A stretch of 64,000 nt of DNA, taken from contig KZ538414.1 in assembly GCA_000934665.2 (NCBI GenBank), forward strand, positions 1 through 64,000. The letters run 5' to 3'. The notes under the pieces were generated by a model. That model saw only the letters and a program-made list of their open reading frames with translations, made no database searches and was not told the DNA's origin. Positions within the stretch are counted from its first letter, which is position 1, and the number at the start of each line of letters is the position of its first letter. The translations under genes were made by a program, and so were the position numbers. This DNA comes from Catajapyx aquilonaris. Its lineage: Eukaryota. Shown here piece after piece: positions 51,515 through 62,703 of the stretch.

Positions 51515-51858
51515 TTAATCCGTCATACTGCTAGCGACATTGTCCGATGCGGCAGACATGTAGCCTAAATCGAAGTGATAGAGTACGAGCCTTGCGAGTA
51601 AGAAATGGTAGCCCTTCGGTGACGTCACTGGCTGGGAACAAGCCTTTTCTCCATTGCCCCCCAGCCGGTGACGTCATTCAAGGCCTACCTCTTCTTACTC
51701 GTACGGCTCACACTGTTTCACTTCGATTTGCCGCATCAGAAAATGTCGTAAGCAGTATGACGCGATTAATGTCCAACACTATGCTCCTTGGTACTCCAGT
51801 GTAGGCCTACACTTTACAGTCGAGCGGTTAATCCCTTGACAACATCTGATTTCTTTTG

Positions 51859-52810
51859 ACCGAAGCAGGTTAGTGTGGTGGTTAACTGGTTAAGGAGTCT
51901 GACTGCTAATCGGAAGGTCCTGGGTTCGAATCCCGGGGCCGGCGATCCTGACAGTGGTTTTCTGTGGTTTTCCACGGTCCTCCCAGGACAATTCCGGGAT
52001 CGTTTCCGTATAGATAGGCATCCCGGGGCCGGCGATCCTGACAGTGGTTTTCTGTAGTTTTCCACGGTCCTCCCATGACAATTCCGGGATCGTTTCCGTA
52101 TAGATAGGCATCCCGGGGCCGGCGATCCTGCCAGTGGTTTTCTGTGGTTTTCCACGGTCCTCCCAGGACAATTCCGGGATCGTTTCCGTATAGACAGGCC
52201 ATTGGATGGGGCAAGAAAGGAAGCGGCTGTGGCCTATTATATTTATTTATTTATTTATTTTACCCCATTGGGAGAATCGGCGCCCCAGTAGGGGGGTAGA
52301 ATACCACCATTGCAATGGTGGTATTCTACCCCCTAATGGAGCGCCGATCAGATGAGAAATCAGATGCTTATTTATTTATTTATTTATTTTATTTAACGCC
52401 ATTGGGAGAATCGGCTCTCCATTAGGGGGGTAGAATACCACCATTGCAATGGTGGTATTCTACCCCCCCCCCCCCCTAATGGAGCGCCGATCAGACTATG
52501 AGAAATCAGATGCTTATTTATTTATTTATTTATTTTATTTAACGCCATTGGGAGAATCGGCGCTCCATTAGGGGGGTAGAATACCACCATTGAAATGGTG
52601 GTATTCTACCCCCCATAATGGAGCGCCGATCAGACTATGAGAAATCAGATTCTTATTTATTTATTTATTTATTTATTTAACGCCATTGGGAGAATCGGCG
52701 CTCCATTAGGGGGTAGAATACCACCATTGCAATGGTGGTATTCTACCCCCCTAATGGAGCGCCGATTCTCCCAATGGGGTAAAATAAATAAGTAAATAAA
52801 CTTTAAAAGG
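51859..52810 (+). mobile_element. Rearranged SINE family A: triplicated body plus 4 tandem fold-back tail hairpins
   Basis: An 80-bp body unit is present three times (51961-52190 region), followed by an inverted segment and four tail palindromes centred on CCATTGCAATGG. CATCTGATTTCTTT flanks both ends. Confidence 0.85.
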
Positions 52811-53694
52811 CATCTGATTTCTTTCATTTCAAATAATTCTCAAATCAATCACACGTCTTAATCAATTAGTTAATAAATCCCTTCCCCACCCTTAATAATC
52901 TTTTCCAAGAAGAAAAAATATAGTTGAGACCACATTCTTGCCTCCATTTCATGTGCTGTGCACAATTGCGAGCCCAAAGTGGCCAATCCCCTCCTCCTCC
53001 ATTTTCACTCTGGCATTAAAACAGTGAGTTGCACCTCCCACTACCTCCCAAGAGAAAGAAGATAAGGGCCTTCGGTACCGCTCTCGGTGACTGCATTCCC
53101 TTTCATCTTATGGCCGCCGACTCTTGCAGCGCGTCACGCGAAGGGGGCCCTCCAGGGGGGGAAGGGCCAGGCTTAGGCAGGGGTGAAACAGGGGAGAATC
53201 AAGGGGGGGGGGGGGGGAAACTCCCCCCCCCTTGCCCATATGCGTGNNNNNNNNNNNNNNNNNNNNNNNNNNNNNNNNNNNNNNNNNNNNNNNNNNNNNN
53301 NNNNNNNNNNNNNNNNNNNNNNNNNNNNNNNNNNNNNNNNNNNNNNNNNNNNNNNNNNNNNNNNNNNNNNNNNNNNNNNNNNNNNNNNNNNNNNNNNNNN
53401 NNNNNNNNNNNNNNNNNNGGGGGGGGGGGGGGGGGGGGAATGTGGTCGTCAAGATCATGTATGTGTGCATAAGAAGGGGGGTGGAGTGGTTTTGGGTTGG
53501 AGCGAATTGTTGTGTGAAGCGAAGTGATAATTGTTTGGGAGGAAGACTGTCGATAAATGGCACAAGACCACGAAGATCCGCAACATGTCCCATTCTCATC
53601 AACTAAACAGATAAATAAACGTTTTAAAAAATTTATTTACTGTAATTCCATGAGATATAAAAACAACTAATAGGCCTAATGCAGATTAAGAAAT

Positions 53695-53880
53695 ACCCCC
53701 ATGATAGGGCGCCCTCTTAGCCCTAAGAGGGCTTTTCACAAATTCACATTTTCACAATTCACAATTTCACAAAGTCAGAAACGGCTAAAAATCACAGCCG
53801 CTGTAATTTTCAGCCATTTCTGACTTTGTGAAATACACCAGACCTTTTCTCCTGGCCCTGGGCAGAGTAGGGAGTGCAAT
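53695..53880 (-). mobile_element. Retroposon family D copy with internal inversions
   Basis: Reverse complement of ATTGCACTCCCTACTCTGCCCAGGGCCAGGAGAAAAGG and of the tail CCCTATCATGGGGGT. Confidence 0.75.
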
Positions 53881-53972
53881 AAGAAAATTGATTTGAAATA
53901 AAGGACTGCTGATTATATTATGTGCCGTGAAACTGCTTCCAAATATGTATTGAAATTATAATAGTACGAGTA

Positions 53973-54202
53973 TAGTGAAACCTGAAGTTGGACATTATTT
54001 TTGAAACCGTCAAAAAGCCTATTTACATGCTAAGTTGGACACCTCTCTTTTGGAAGTTGGACACTTTTTCTCTCTGAAGTTGGACCGGAAAGTGCGGTAG
54101 GTATCTATGAAACCCAATAGAAATACTAATATGTTAGACACCTCCTTTATGTTGGACATTTTCCTTGAAACCGTCAGTGTCCAACATAGACAGGTTTTAC
54201 TG
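53973..54202. mobile_element. pogo/Tigger-like MITE with repeated AAGTTGGACA motifs
   Basis: Ends TAGTGAAACCTG / CAGGTTTTACTG. A related decayed piece lies at ~57220-57510. Confidence 0.55.
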
Positions 54203-55871
54203 CATATGTGCAATATTTCATTACTTAAGATGGCATTACATACTGTCATATTGGCAGAAGTGTTTGCTTAAGGATGGGAAAACTATAGTTTTTTGCCTAT
54301 TTTTTCTTGAAGAAAAAGGTGAAGTTGCGTGCCTGATTCTTTGCCATTTTCTTAAACTCAAGCTATCTTCAAGCACAAGCTGTACGTCCAATGGTGCAAA
54401 TGGGTTTATAATGTTGTACTACAAGTCAAAATAATTATTTGTCGCTTAAGGACAGTCCTTATTACTACACATATCATTTAAACATGCGACGCTAAAAATA
54501 CAACACATTGCCACCATTTGACAGGGCATGACTGCTGCTATAGACTCTACAAAAATACTAACGGTTACGTCAGCTGCGATAGAAAGCTTCTGAGATTTCT
54601 AACAGTACCTCAGTACAACCTCTGCCGCTATATTTCCTGCCCCCTAATTAACAAGAGGGCAATGCGAGATAGTTACGTAAATATACAAAAGATCCCAATC
54701 TCTACATGAAGTGGTGAGCAGGAAACGGCTTTTCCGTCAGTCCCGTAGTTTACAAAAATGGAAAAAAATATGAAAACCGGCCACAAAGGGGATTCCAGTT
54801 GGTATCGACAACACTATCGGCATCTCCCGATCAACGAACAATCATGGCCGACTGCGCCCACCCGCCTGATGATTACAAGTAATTGTCTCGACACCTTCGC
54901 CTAAGGCTTGCTCAAAACCGACTTATTCTTTGACTACAGCTGACCTGAACCTTCCTCAAACTACAAAAAATAAGTATATAAAATTTTTAAACTATAAAAA
55001 AAAAACGGAACAGATGAGACCAGGCCTAGAGGGGGGTACAAATTGGTGTTTCCACTTCCATGGATGCGGTGGTCGAAACCCCCCACCTTTCCTTATTCCC
55101 TTTTCGGCTTTTTGGACTGCCAACCTGCTCATCAACACCCCCAATCCCCCATCTCCTCCACCCCCTCCTTTCTCCCGCACACCACCTGTCTCCGTTTTCA
55201 CTTCCCCCTTCTCTTTCCGCTCACTCTTTTCCACACATTCTTCACACTCGACATATGCATATCAAAAAACTGTGGAAAATAACTGGAAAAAAAAGAGACA
55301 AAAGTATACCATGCGAGTTTCACTTCCAATATGCATATCTAAACAATGCTTATCTAAATTGTGTATAAGTATTGTTTCAATTGCATTTTTTGCGTAGAAG
55401 ATAGTGTGTACCTGACACACGCTCTTCTTATGTTTTCTTCCTCGTTTGTGCACGTGAAAGAAAAAAAAAGGGCGTAATTATTTTTCTGCGAGGTGCGTGT
55501 CAGTGTTGAAGAGTAGACGTCATGTGCGATGTGTTTTTTGGAGAGAAAATTGATATCCAGTGTGTTATTTTATGGTGTGGAGATTTGGGGGGGGGGGGGG
55601 GGGNGGGGGGTTATGCCTCAAGAACTGTGTTCGATATTATTTTGCATTTTAATTACACATCCAGTAAATTTGGCCAAGTTCAGTACGTGTAAATATACAA
55701 GTAATGAATTATAATTAGTGTAAATAATGACTGCTTACTCCTCTTCCATTGTTGGCTCTAATATACCTGATGTGGGGAAAAGTGCAAGCCTTTATAGGCA
55801 CATTAGGTATAACTTATATTAAGTAATACTTGTAATAAATTATTCTGTGCATTGCTAAACATCGGATATTT

Positions 55872-56140
55872 ATTTATTTATTTGTTTATTTTATTTATCA
55901 TACCCCGTGCTAGAGCCTTTGGCTCCCTTAGGAGGGGAGGATTACCACCAGTGGATGGGATGAGGGATAGGGAAGGTAGGAAGCGGCTGTGGCTTATTTT
56001 TACGGAAACGACCACGGAATTGTCCTGGGGGACCATGGAAAACCACAGAAAACCATAAGGGTCTCCGGCCCTGGGATTCGAACCCAGGACTTCCCGATTA
56101 GCAGGCGGGCTCCTTATCCCCTACACCAACCTGCTTCGGT
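55872..56140 (-). mobile_element. SINE family A copy (tail B) with perfect 17-bp TSD
   Basis: CTAAACATCGGATATTT at 55855-55871 and 56141-56157. Confidence 0.92.
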
Positions 56141-56214
56141 CTAAACATCGGATATTTTAAAAAAATCCTGCGACGTAATTTTTTGCAATAATCAATATTA
56201 ATTTTTGTTAAATA

Positions 56215-56419
56215 CAGGGTGTTTCAACTTTTTTTGTCCGAACAGTTATCGGAAATATTGCACTAAGCTGCTACTTTGTAAGCAGTGTATGCCAAGATTC
56301 GTAGGGAATATTCCCCATTCCTCCGACAAACCGGTTGCAAGTCACTGCCTTACAAAGTAGCAGCTTATAGAGTGCAATATTTCCGATAACTGTTCGGACA
56401 AAAAAGTTGAAACACCCTG
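56215..56419. mobile_element. CAGGGTG MITE, shorter relative of 47345-47672
   Basis: TA|CAGGGTGTTTCAAC...GTTGAAACACCCTG|TA. Confidence 0.88.
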
Positions 56420-58062
56420 TATATCCAATAGTTGAGCCATAATTACCACCTCAATGTGAGCTAGTCACCAATATTTCCATACACTTTTCACCCAAATCTA
56501 TATCTATTTTGGGTCTGTTTCTGCCATTTGCACCAAGGCCACTGTACCACAACACTACAATATTCAATCACACTAACGGCCATAATAGAACCCCGCTTGC
56601 TTGATAGAAAAGGTGCGCATTTCGCACTTAAGACTCATACATAATAAACATAATATTAACCACAACACCCATTCCCATTTCATTGAACAACCTCCAGAGT
56701 TTATGGAGATAAGTCCAAATAATAAGCGGTCTGTATACTTCCTGTTTACTAGCCCTCCCCACGCTTTTAAAGTGCCCTTAAGGTTTCTATATGATTTCCA
56801 AGATATTGGACTTGGCCCGTTCTTCCTCTCATATTACGTTCAATCTTGTCCCTTGGCGCCCGATTTACTGTGTGTGTACACACAGGCAGCCATGTTCCAA
56901 GATTCTCACTATAGAAATGAAATCGATCAGTGGCCTACATGCGTGTGAATATTGATACTGAGGAGGCCAACACTAGGCATTAGGGCGACAATAAGGGCCT
57001 TGTATATACACGGCTTATAATAGACCTCGAGGCGGATGGAGAAAATCATTGGACACTTGCTGGTCACTCTAATCACTCGAATTGTCATAATTACCCCCAC
57101 ATATAATTTTGATGAAAATTTCATAACATACTGTATATTGTCTGGGTTTCAAATAGTTTCTGCTAAGGCTAAACACCGACGCTCTGGGGATCTTTAACGT
57201 GCACTTGTTTGTGAATGTGAAGTTGGACATCCTATTGTTTAACACCTCCCCCCAGGTAGCACACTTCGTCGGGCCAATGTAAAACGGTTAACTTTTTGTC
57301 ACATGGGGCCGACGTTGGGCCGATGTTGGCATACAGTGCTGACCCGATCTACATTTATGTGAAACCTGACGTCATTGTCTCTTCATGTATATGTAGAGAG
57401 ATAATGAAATCATGATTTATATAGACCACTGCAACAAACAAAAACAATACTTATAAGTTGGACCATTTTCCTTAGAATTGTCAGTGTCCATTATTGCCAA
57501 AGTTTCACAACTTGTTGTAACGATTGTTGTACTTGTTTATGTGAGTTGTTGCCACTTGAACGTGTGGCGTGCGCAATTAACAGATGGTGCCGTAATAACC
57601 TGAGTGTGCTACACACAACAGGCACATAAATATACTGATTTCGATGTTTGCATTGTGAGATGGGGTGTATGGGCGGGAAAATTTCTCACGCATTTTGGCG
57701 TGGAAAATTATTTTTCTGCAACTTAAATATTTGTGTATTATTATTATTATATAACCTTTACTTTTAGACGTAGATAGAGATACTTTGAGACGTAGATATA
57801 GACTGGTCTTGCATCGAGAATTTTCACTGCCAGATGGAAAGCGTGAATAAAAAAGTTGGTAGAAAAAACGGAATATAATGAAAATTCTCAGGGTTTCCGT
57901 GATTATTTCAGGGCGTGAAATAGGCATGTCTTGAAGGCGAGAAAATTCAGGATTTCAAGTCTCAAGATGTCTACAAAGCTGTACTGTAGTATGTACCACT
58001 AACTGCCTACAAAAATAACCGCATTTACACATATGATGGCCCATATAATCGCGATGATGGTA

Positions 58063-58110
58063 CACCCTTAACCATTTACCCTCTCTAGAGAAGGTAAATG
58101 GTTAAGAGTG
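58063..58110. mobile_element. 48-bp collapsed derivative of the 3829-4113 MITE
   Basis: TA|CACCCTTAACCATTTACCCTCTCTAGAGAAGGTAAATGGTTAAGAGTG|TA. Confidence 0.85.
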
Positions 58111-59756
58111 TACAATTATGAAACACCTTGTGTATACAACGTAAGTCAAGATCAGAAATCATCCTGCTAATTACAGTTACATTACTCCGCGACTTACTTC
58201 AGGCCTATAATAAATAACTATGCTGTTGAAACTAATGTAAATTTCACTCTATTATATTGAGTCGATATTAGTCATATAACTACTGTAATACAGGTGCAAA
58301 CGTAAGACATTGCGTAATCGCGTTGTGGAATTATTAATGACGGAATTACTATCGAGCTAAAGCAGGGCTGATTGATGGCCTGAACTTACAGTTAGTTGAT
58401 TTTTTTAACGATCGATTTTATGCAGGATTCTATGAGGAAATAATTTGTGAGGCATGCTGCTGGATATGGATATCAGAAGGTAAATTGTCAATTTTTGTCA
58501 TGTCCATTATATTGTGCTGCATATGCGATGATTATCAAAGTTGGAAATATACAACCTACTATTAAACCATATTAATTTAATTTGTATATTTTTACGCAAT
58601 TATACGAATAATTTGAGGGCCTTTTTAGCGGTTATTATTCCTCATTCTGTTTTTTTTTCGTATACCTTATACGAAGCCTTCGTATAAGGTATGTATACGA
58701 GTAAAATGGCTTGTGAAGCGGCTTCACAAGCCATTTTACTGGTGTTTTTGTGATTATAGTTTCATTAATCAGTATATGTAATAGTGTGCAATAATAGGCA
58801 TATGAAAAGCAGATAGCTTTGTGTATTCGTTGCGAAAAGTGGCGATTTGGCATACGGTTTTCCCGCGGTCGCCGCTTCAAGTCCGGAGTCAACTGCTATA
58901 TATTTATAGTGCTTATAAATATAAAACAAAAATTAATGTTTATGTGTGCATTGGTTTACACTTTGGATAAGTACCGTTTCATATATAAATTAATGTATAT
59001 AAATAGATCATTTATGAGGAAACAGATGCAATAATATCTGATATTCTCTTTAATACAGTATATTATTTAGGTGAATGTTATGTATAAGGGTCTTATTACA
59101 AAAAAAAATTGCATTGTTGGAACATGGGTCAGCAGGCAAAGACCTAAATAATATAATGTATTAAAGAAAATATCAGATATTCTTGCATCTGTAGCAATGA
59201 TTTTATGAATGGAGAAAGTTTAATGCTTTATAGATTTTTATTTGCACAATGGCATCGTCAAATAGTAAAAAATATATTTGCAAATTGCTCATCACTTTTG
59301 AACCTTGCATATTATAGGTACTAATTATAAATAGTGCGCGTATGTCCACGCATAGGTTTATATTAAGCTTTATGATAGTGACCAATTTGATATTTCAGTG
59401 GTTGCCAAAAATATATAGCCTATATAAAAGTAGGTTCACTCTTACATTTTAAAATTTGTTAAAAATAACAGTTTTGTATAAGATCACAATATGCTAGGTC
59501 TAAAAAGGCTCAATTTACAGAGATCATCTTGCCGGCCGTGTTATTTAAGTTGTCACTTTTCTACGGTATATAAAGTCGTATCTAAGCATTTATCATTGCT
59601 CTGTTAATATTTTGCGGCCCATCCTGCAAAAATTAGCGAATTTGTCACATTCTTTATCCGTTATTAATTTGTATTTGCTTGCAATTTGAATATTTAAGCA
59701 AATAATATGTGACACATTATACGGAATCAGGCAAATTAATATCTACGTTTACATTG

Positions 59757-59799
<43 letters not shown>

Positions 59800-61496
59800 A
59801 TCGGCATAAGTGACGTTGAGTGTAAATAGTTCATGACTCTCTTTGATAAGACTTTTCAGGACCGCAAAACTACATATTGTAGAATCTGAAGTGTATATGA
59901 CTACTATACCTTTCATGTGGGAATTGGGAATTGTATAGTCTATTGAACTTTAGGCTACATTATTATTTCAGTTATCTTTCATTCGCAGGAACACGTATAA
60001 CCGGTCCATATTTTTGCAATATCAAAATCAGCCAATTTTATACACTATAGAATGCATATAGTTTTTAAACAATCAGAGCAGTGTTCCATTTGTCGTGATT
60101 GTTGCTTCTGTTTGGTTTTTGAGTAAATTAGTCATACATTTCCCCCTCCTTCTCCCCTCTTGGTCTATATGTGGACATGGAAAGGTAAAATGCCAATAAT
60201 CTATACCTGTCCCTGTCACATTTTGTGGCCTATTTGTTATCGGAAAATGATTACGTATTACGCACAAACTAACATCCCATCAGGTTATATCATTTTGCAG
60301 TATTTTATATTTATAAAATGTCACGAACCGAGTTGCGTTGGAGTTGCGCAAAGTGAAAGCCAAATTCTGAGTTTGGTAAGTTACAGTTGTTGTAACTTGC
60401 GTAATATTTATTATAACAGCAATACGGCGCTATCATTTGAATTTTATATACCGACCTACGTGAAATATAATTATATTGTTTCATTGTTACATAAATATGT
60501 AACAAATCTTCGCATATTATGCAGGTCTATATTATTGTTTTCAAACGCACATAAATAATTTCCAATTTTTAAAAGAAAATATTGTATAATTGTAGACATA
60601 ACTTTTGTTTGGTTAGACTCGTCAGTATTTCGTTTGAAATTCAGTAAACTAATATTTATCTGGATCCGTAACGAGCACCTTAAATTTTGTAATAATATTA
60701 CTAAGAGATCCCCAATTATGAAAGTAACATTTCCTAAAGTTAACTACTACCGGTAAGCTTATATTAAAATCCGCCGCCAAAATTAGATTGCTAAGCTGAG
60801 ACTTCGCTAAATTAATGCGATCTAACGAAGAAAATAACAATTAAATAGTGTACGGCTAAACACAATTAATTCAAACGTACATTTTTTGTGAATTTCATAT
60901 TACATTGACTAATAGCTATTGTTGCACACTGTTCACTAATAAGAGTTACTGACGCTTGATGTAGCCAAATTTTTATGTTCCTCTTACTAATAAAATTAAC
61001 CACTAACTGCATCGAGTTAGGCCTACTCTTGAAACCGATTATATCTGAATAATGGCCACCCACCGCCGGTTACAAATCGACACTTAAATCGTATAATGAA
61101 CCAATTCTCCCCCAAAAAAATCACTAACTCATCCAGACAACCCCAGCACAATAAATCGGCTATTCTGACTGGACCCATCTTCATCCAAACCCCAACACGC
61201 GATCTTCCAAAAACCAAAAAATGAAAAGAAAACCCCCCCCTCTGGAATGTAGTATTTTCACCCCTCCAAAATATCCTCCCCAATTTGTGGTCCCCCCCTT
61301 ACAAAAGTTTGGACCTCTATTGACCCAACTTTCTTGGAGGGTACAAAAGGAGAAAGTCAAAACCCCCCATGTATTGAGGTGTCTGAATTGTCCCTTTGTG
61401 TCAAATCTCCCCTAGTTGACATTTCCATGCTGTGACACTCAATAATAGCTGTATAGTTAGGTCATTGTTACAGCAACTTACTCAAAGTATTGAGGG

Positions 61497-61531
61497 TTAG
61501 GTTAGGTTAGGTTAGGTTAGGTTAGGTTAGG
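61497..61531 (+). repeat. (TTAGG)7 interstitial arthropod telomere-type repeat
   Basis: Seven perfect TTAGG units. Confidence 0.9.
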
Positions 61532-62544
61532 TCTAAAGCTTGATATTATATACGATATTTTCTGATATCAGTTATTTAAAAATGGAATATATTTAACAAA
61601 GCGGTTTCAGTAATAATGCAAATATTTTTGTGACGCATTTTGACTTGTGAGTCTAACTCGACGACATCATAACATTGGCCGATAACAGATAGCATGTTTA
61701 CCTGCCATGCTGCCATATCAGTGAAATTGTTTGTACTTAGCAAACACCAATATGGACAAACAGGCTTTGAGTTCACAGTTTTCGGTAATAGCTATTCCAA
61801 CTATTCAAGTCCGAAGCGATTATCAATTTTTCATGCAACTTTGAGTGAAAAATGATATGTAGGAATTAGCCTGATTCGTGCTAAGCCCAGCTTCTCTAAG
61901 AAAGGGCAAGGGCAAATGCTATTTCTCACAAGTCCTAACCTGGATTAGTTACTTTTTTTTTGTAATGGTCGAAAGTTGCTTGTTAACCAATCCGGTATGC
62001 ATTCTTTTGGTATGAGTTTGACAAGTCTTAATTTAATTAGACCCGCTCATCTTCTGAGGGAAATTAATCGTCTTTCCTTATTAGGCAATATATGCTGACA
62101 GCCTTTAGCTGATTGGCTAGAATATTCCGCATGCTAATAGAATGTGTAAATTTGGTGTAAATTAGTGGCCGCAAATAATTTTGTACATATAAATATTTTT
62201 GAGAGTTTGCAGCTCTATTTTAAGCACCATCAACAATGATCATGAGTAACATATATGCTCATGTAAATGTCAACCTTACACACATTGTATCAGCGGCTTC
62301 CCTTTCCCCTCAATGCATCGTCAGCATATCTACGCTGATTGATCGCCTACTTCTCTATTGTGTGTACCTGTTTTAGGCCTCGGTAATTATGCCTGACAGT
62401 GACGGACAACATGTCATCCCCGATGCCTGACGTTTTCAACATTAAGAACAAATCGTGCCAACCTCCTTAATATGACGGGCGTACTGAAAGTAATGAGGCC
62501 TAATTAATAACAGCAACCATGCTTTGGGAGAAAAAACATTTCTT

Positions 62545-62550
62545 TTTATT
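62545..62550 (-). promoter_or_regulatory. Candidate polyadenylation signal of FoxB
   Basis: TTTATT on + (AATAAA on -) about 155 nt past the stop codon, followed on the minus strand by a U/GU-rich stretch. Confidence 0.45.
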
Positions 62551-62703
62551 GACACGACAATAATAATAATAGTTGTAGTTATAATAGTTATAATAATAAT
62601 AATAGAACCATTTTTCAGCACTGCACAATTGCCCGCTCAAATAATTTTATAGGCTCATACTATTCAGTATGCCCCTCATGATAGTCACAGGTTAGGCCTA
62701 TAG

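Larger units (their letters stand above)
51033..51838. mobile_element. hAT-type MITE (CAAGGGG family), host of three nested insertions
   Basis: ACAATATC|CAAGGGGTT...TAATCCCTTG|ACAACATC. Confidence 0.75.
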
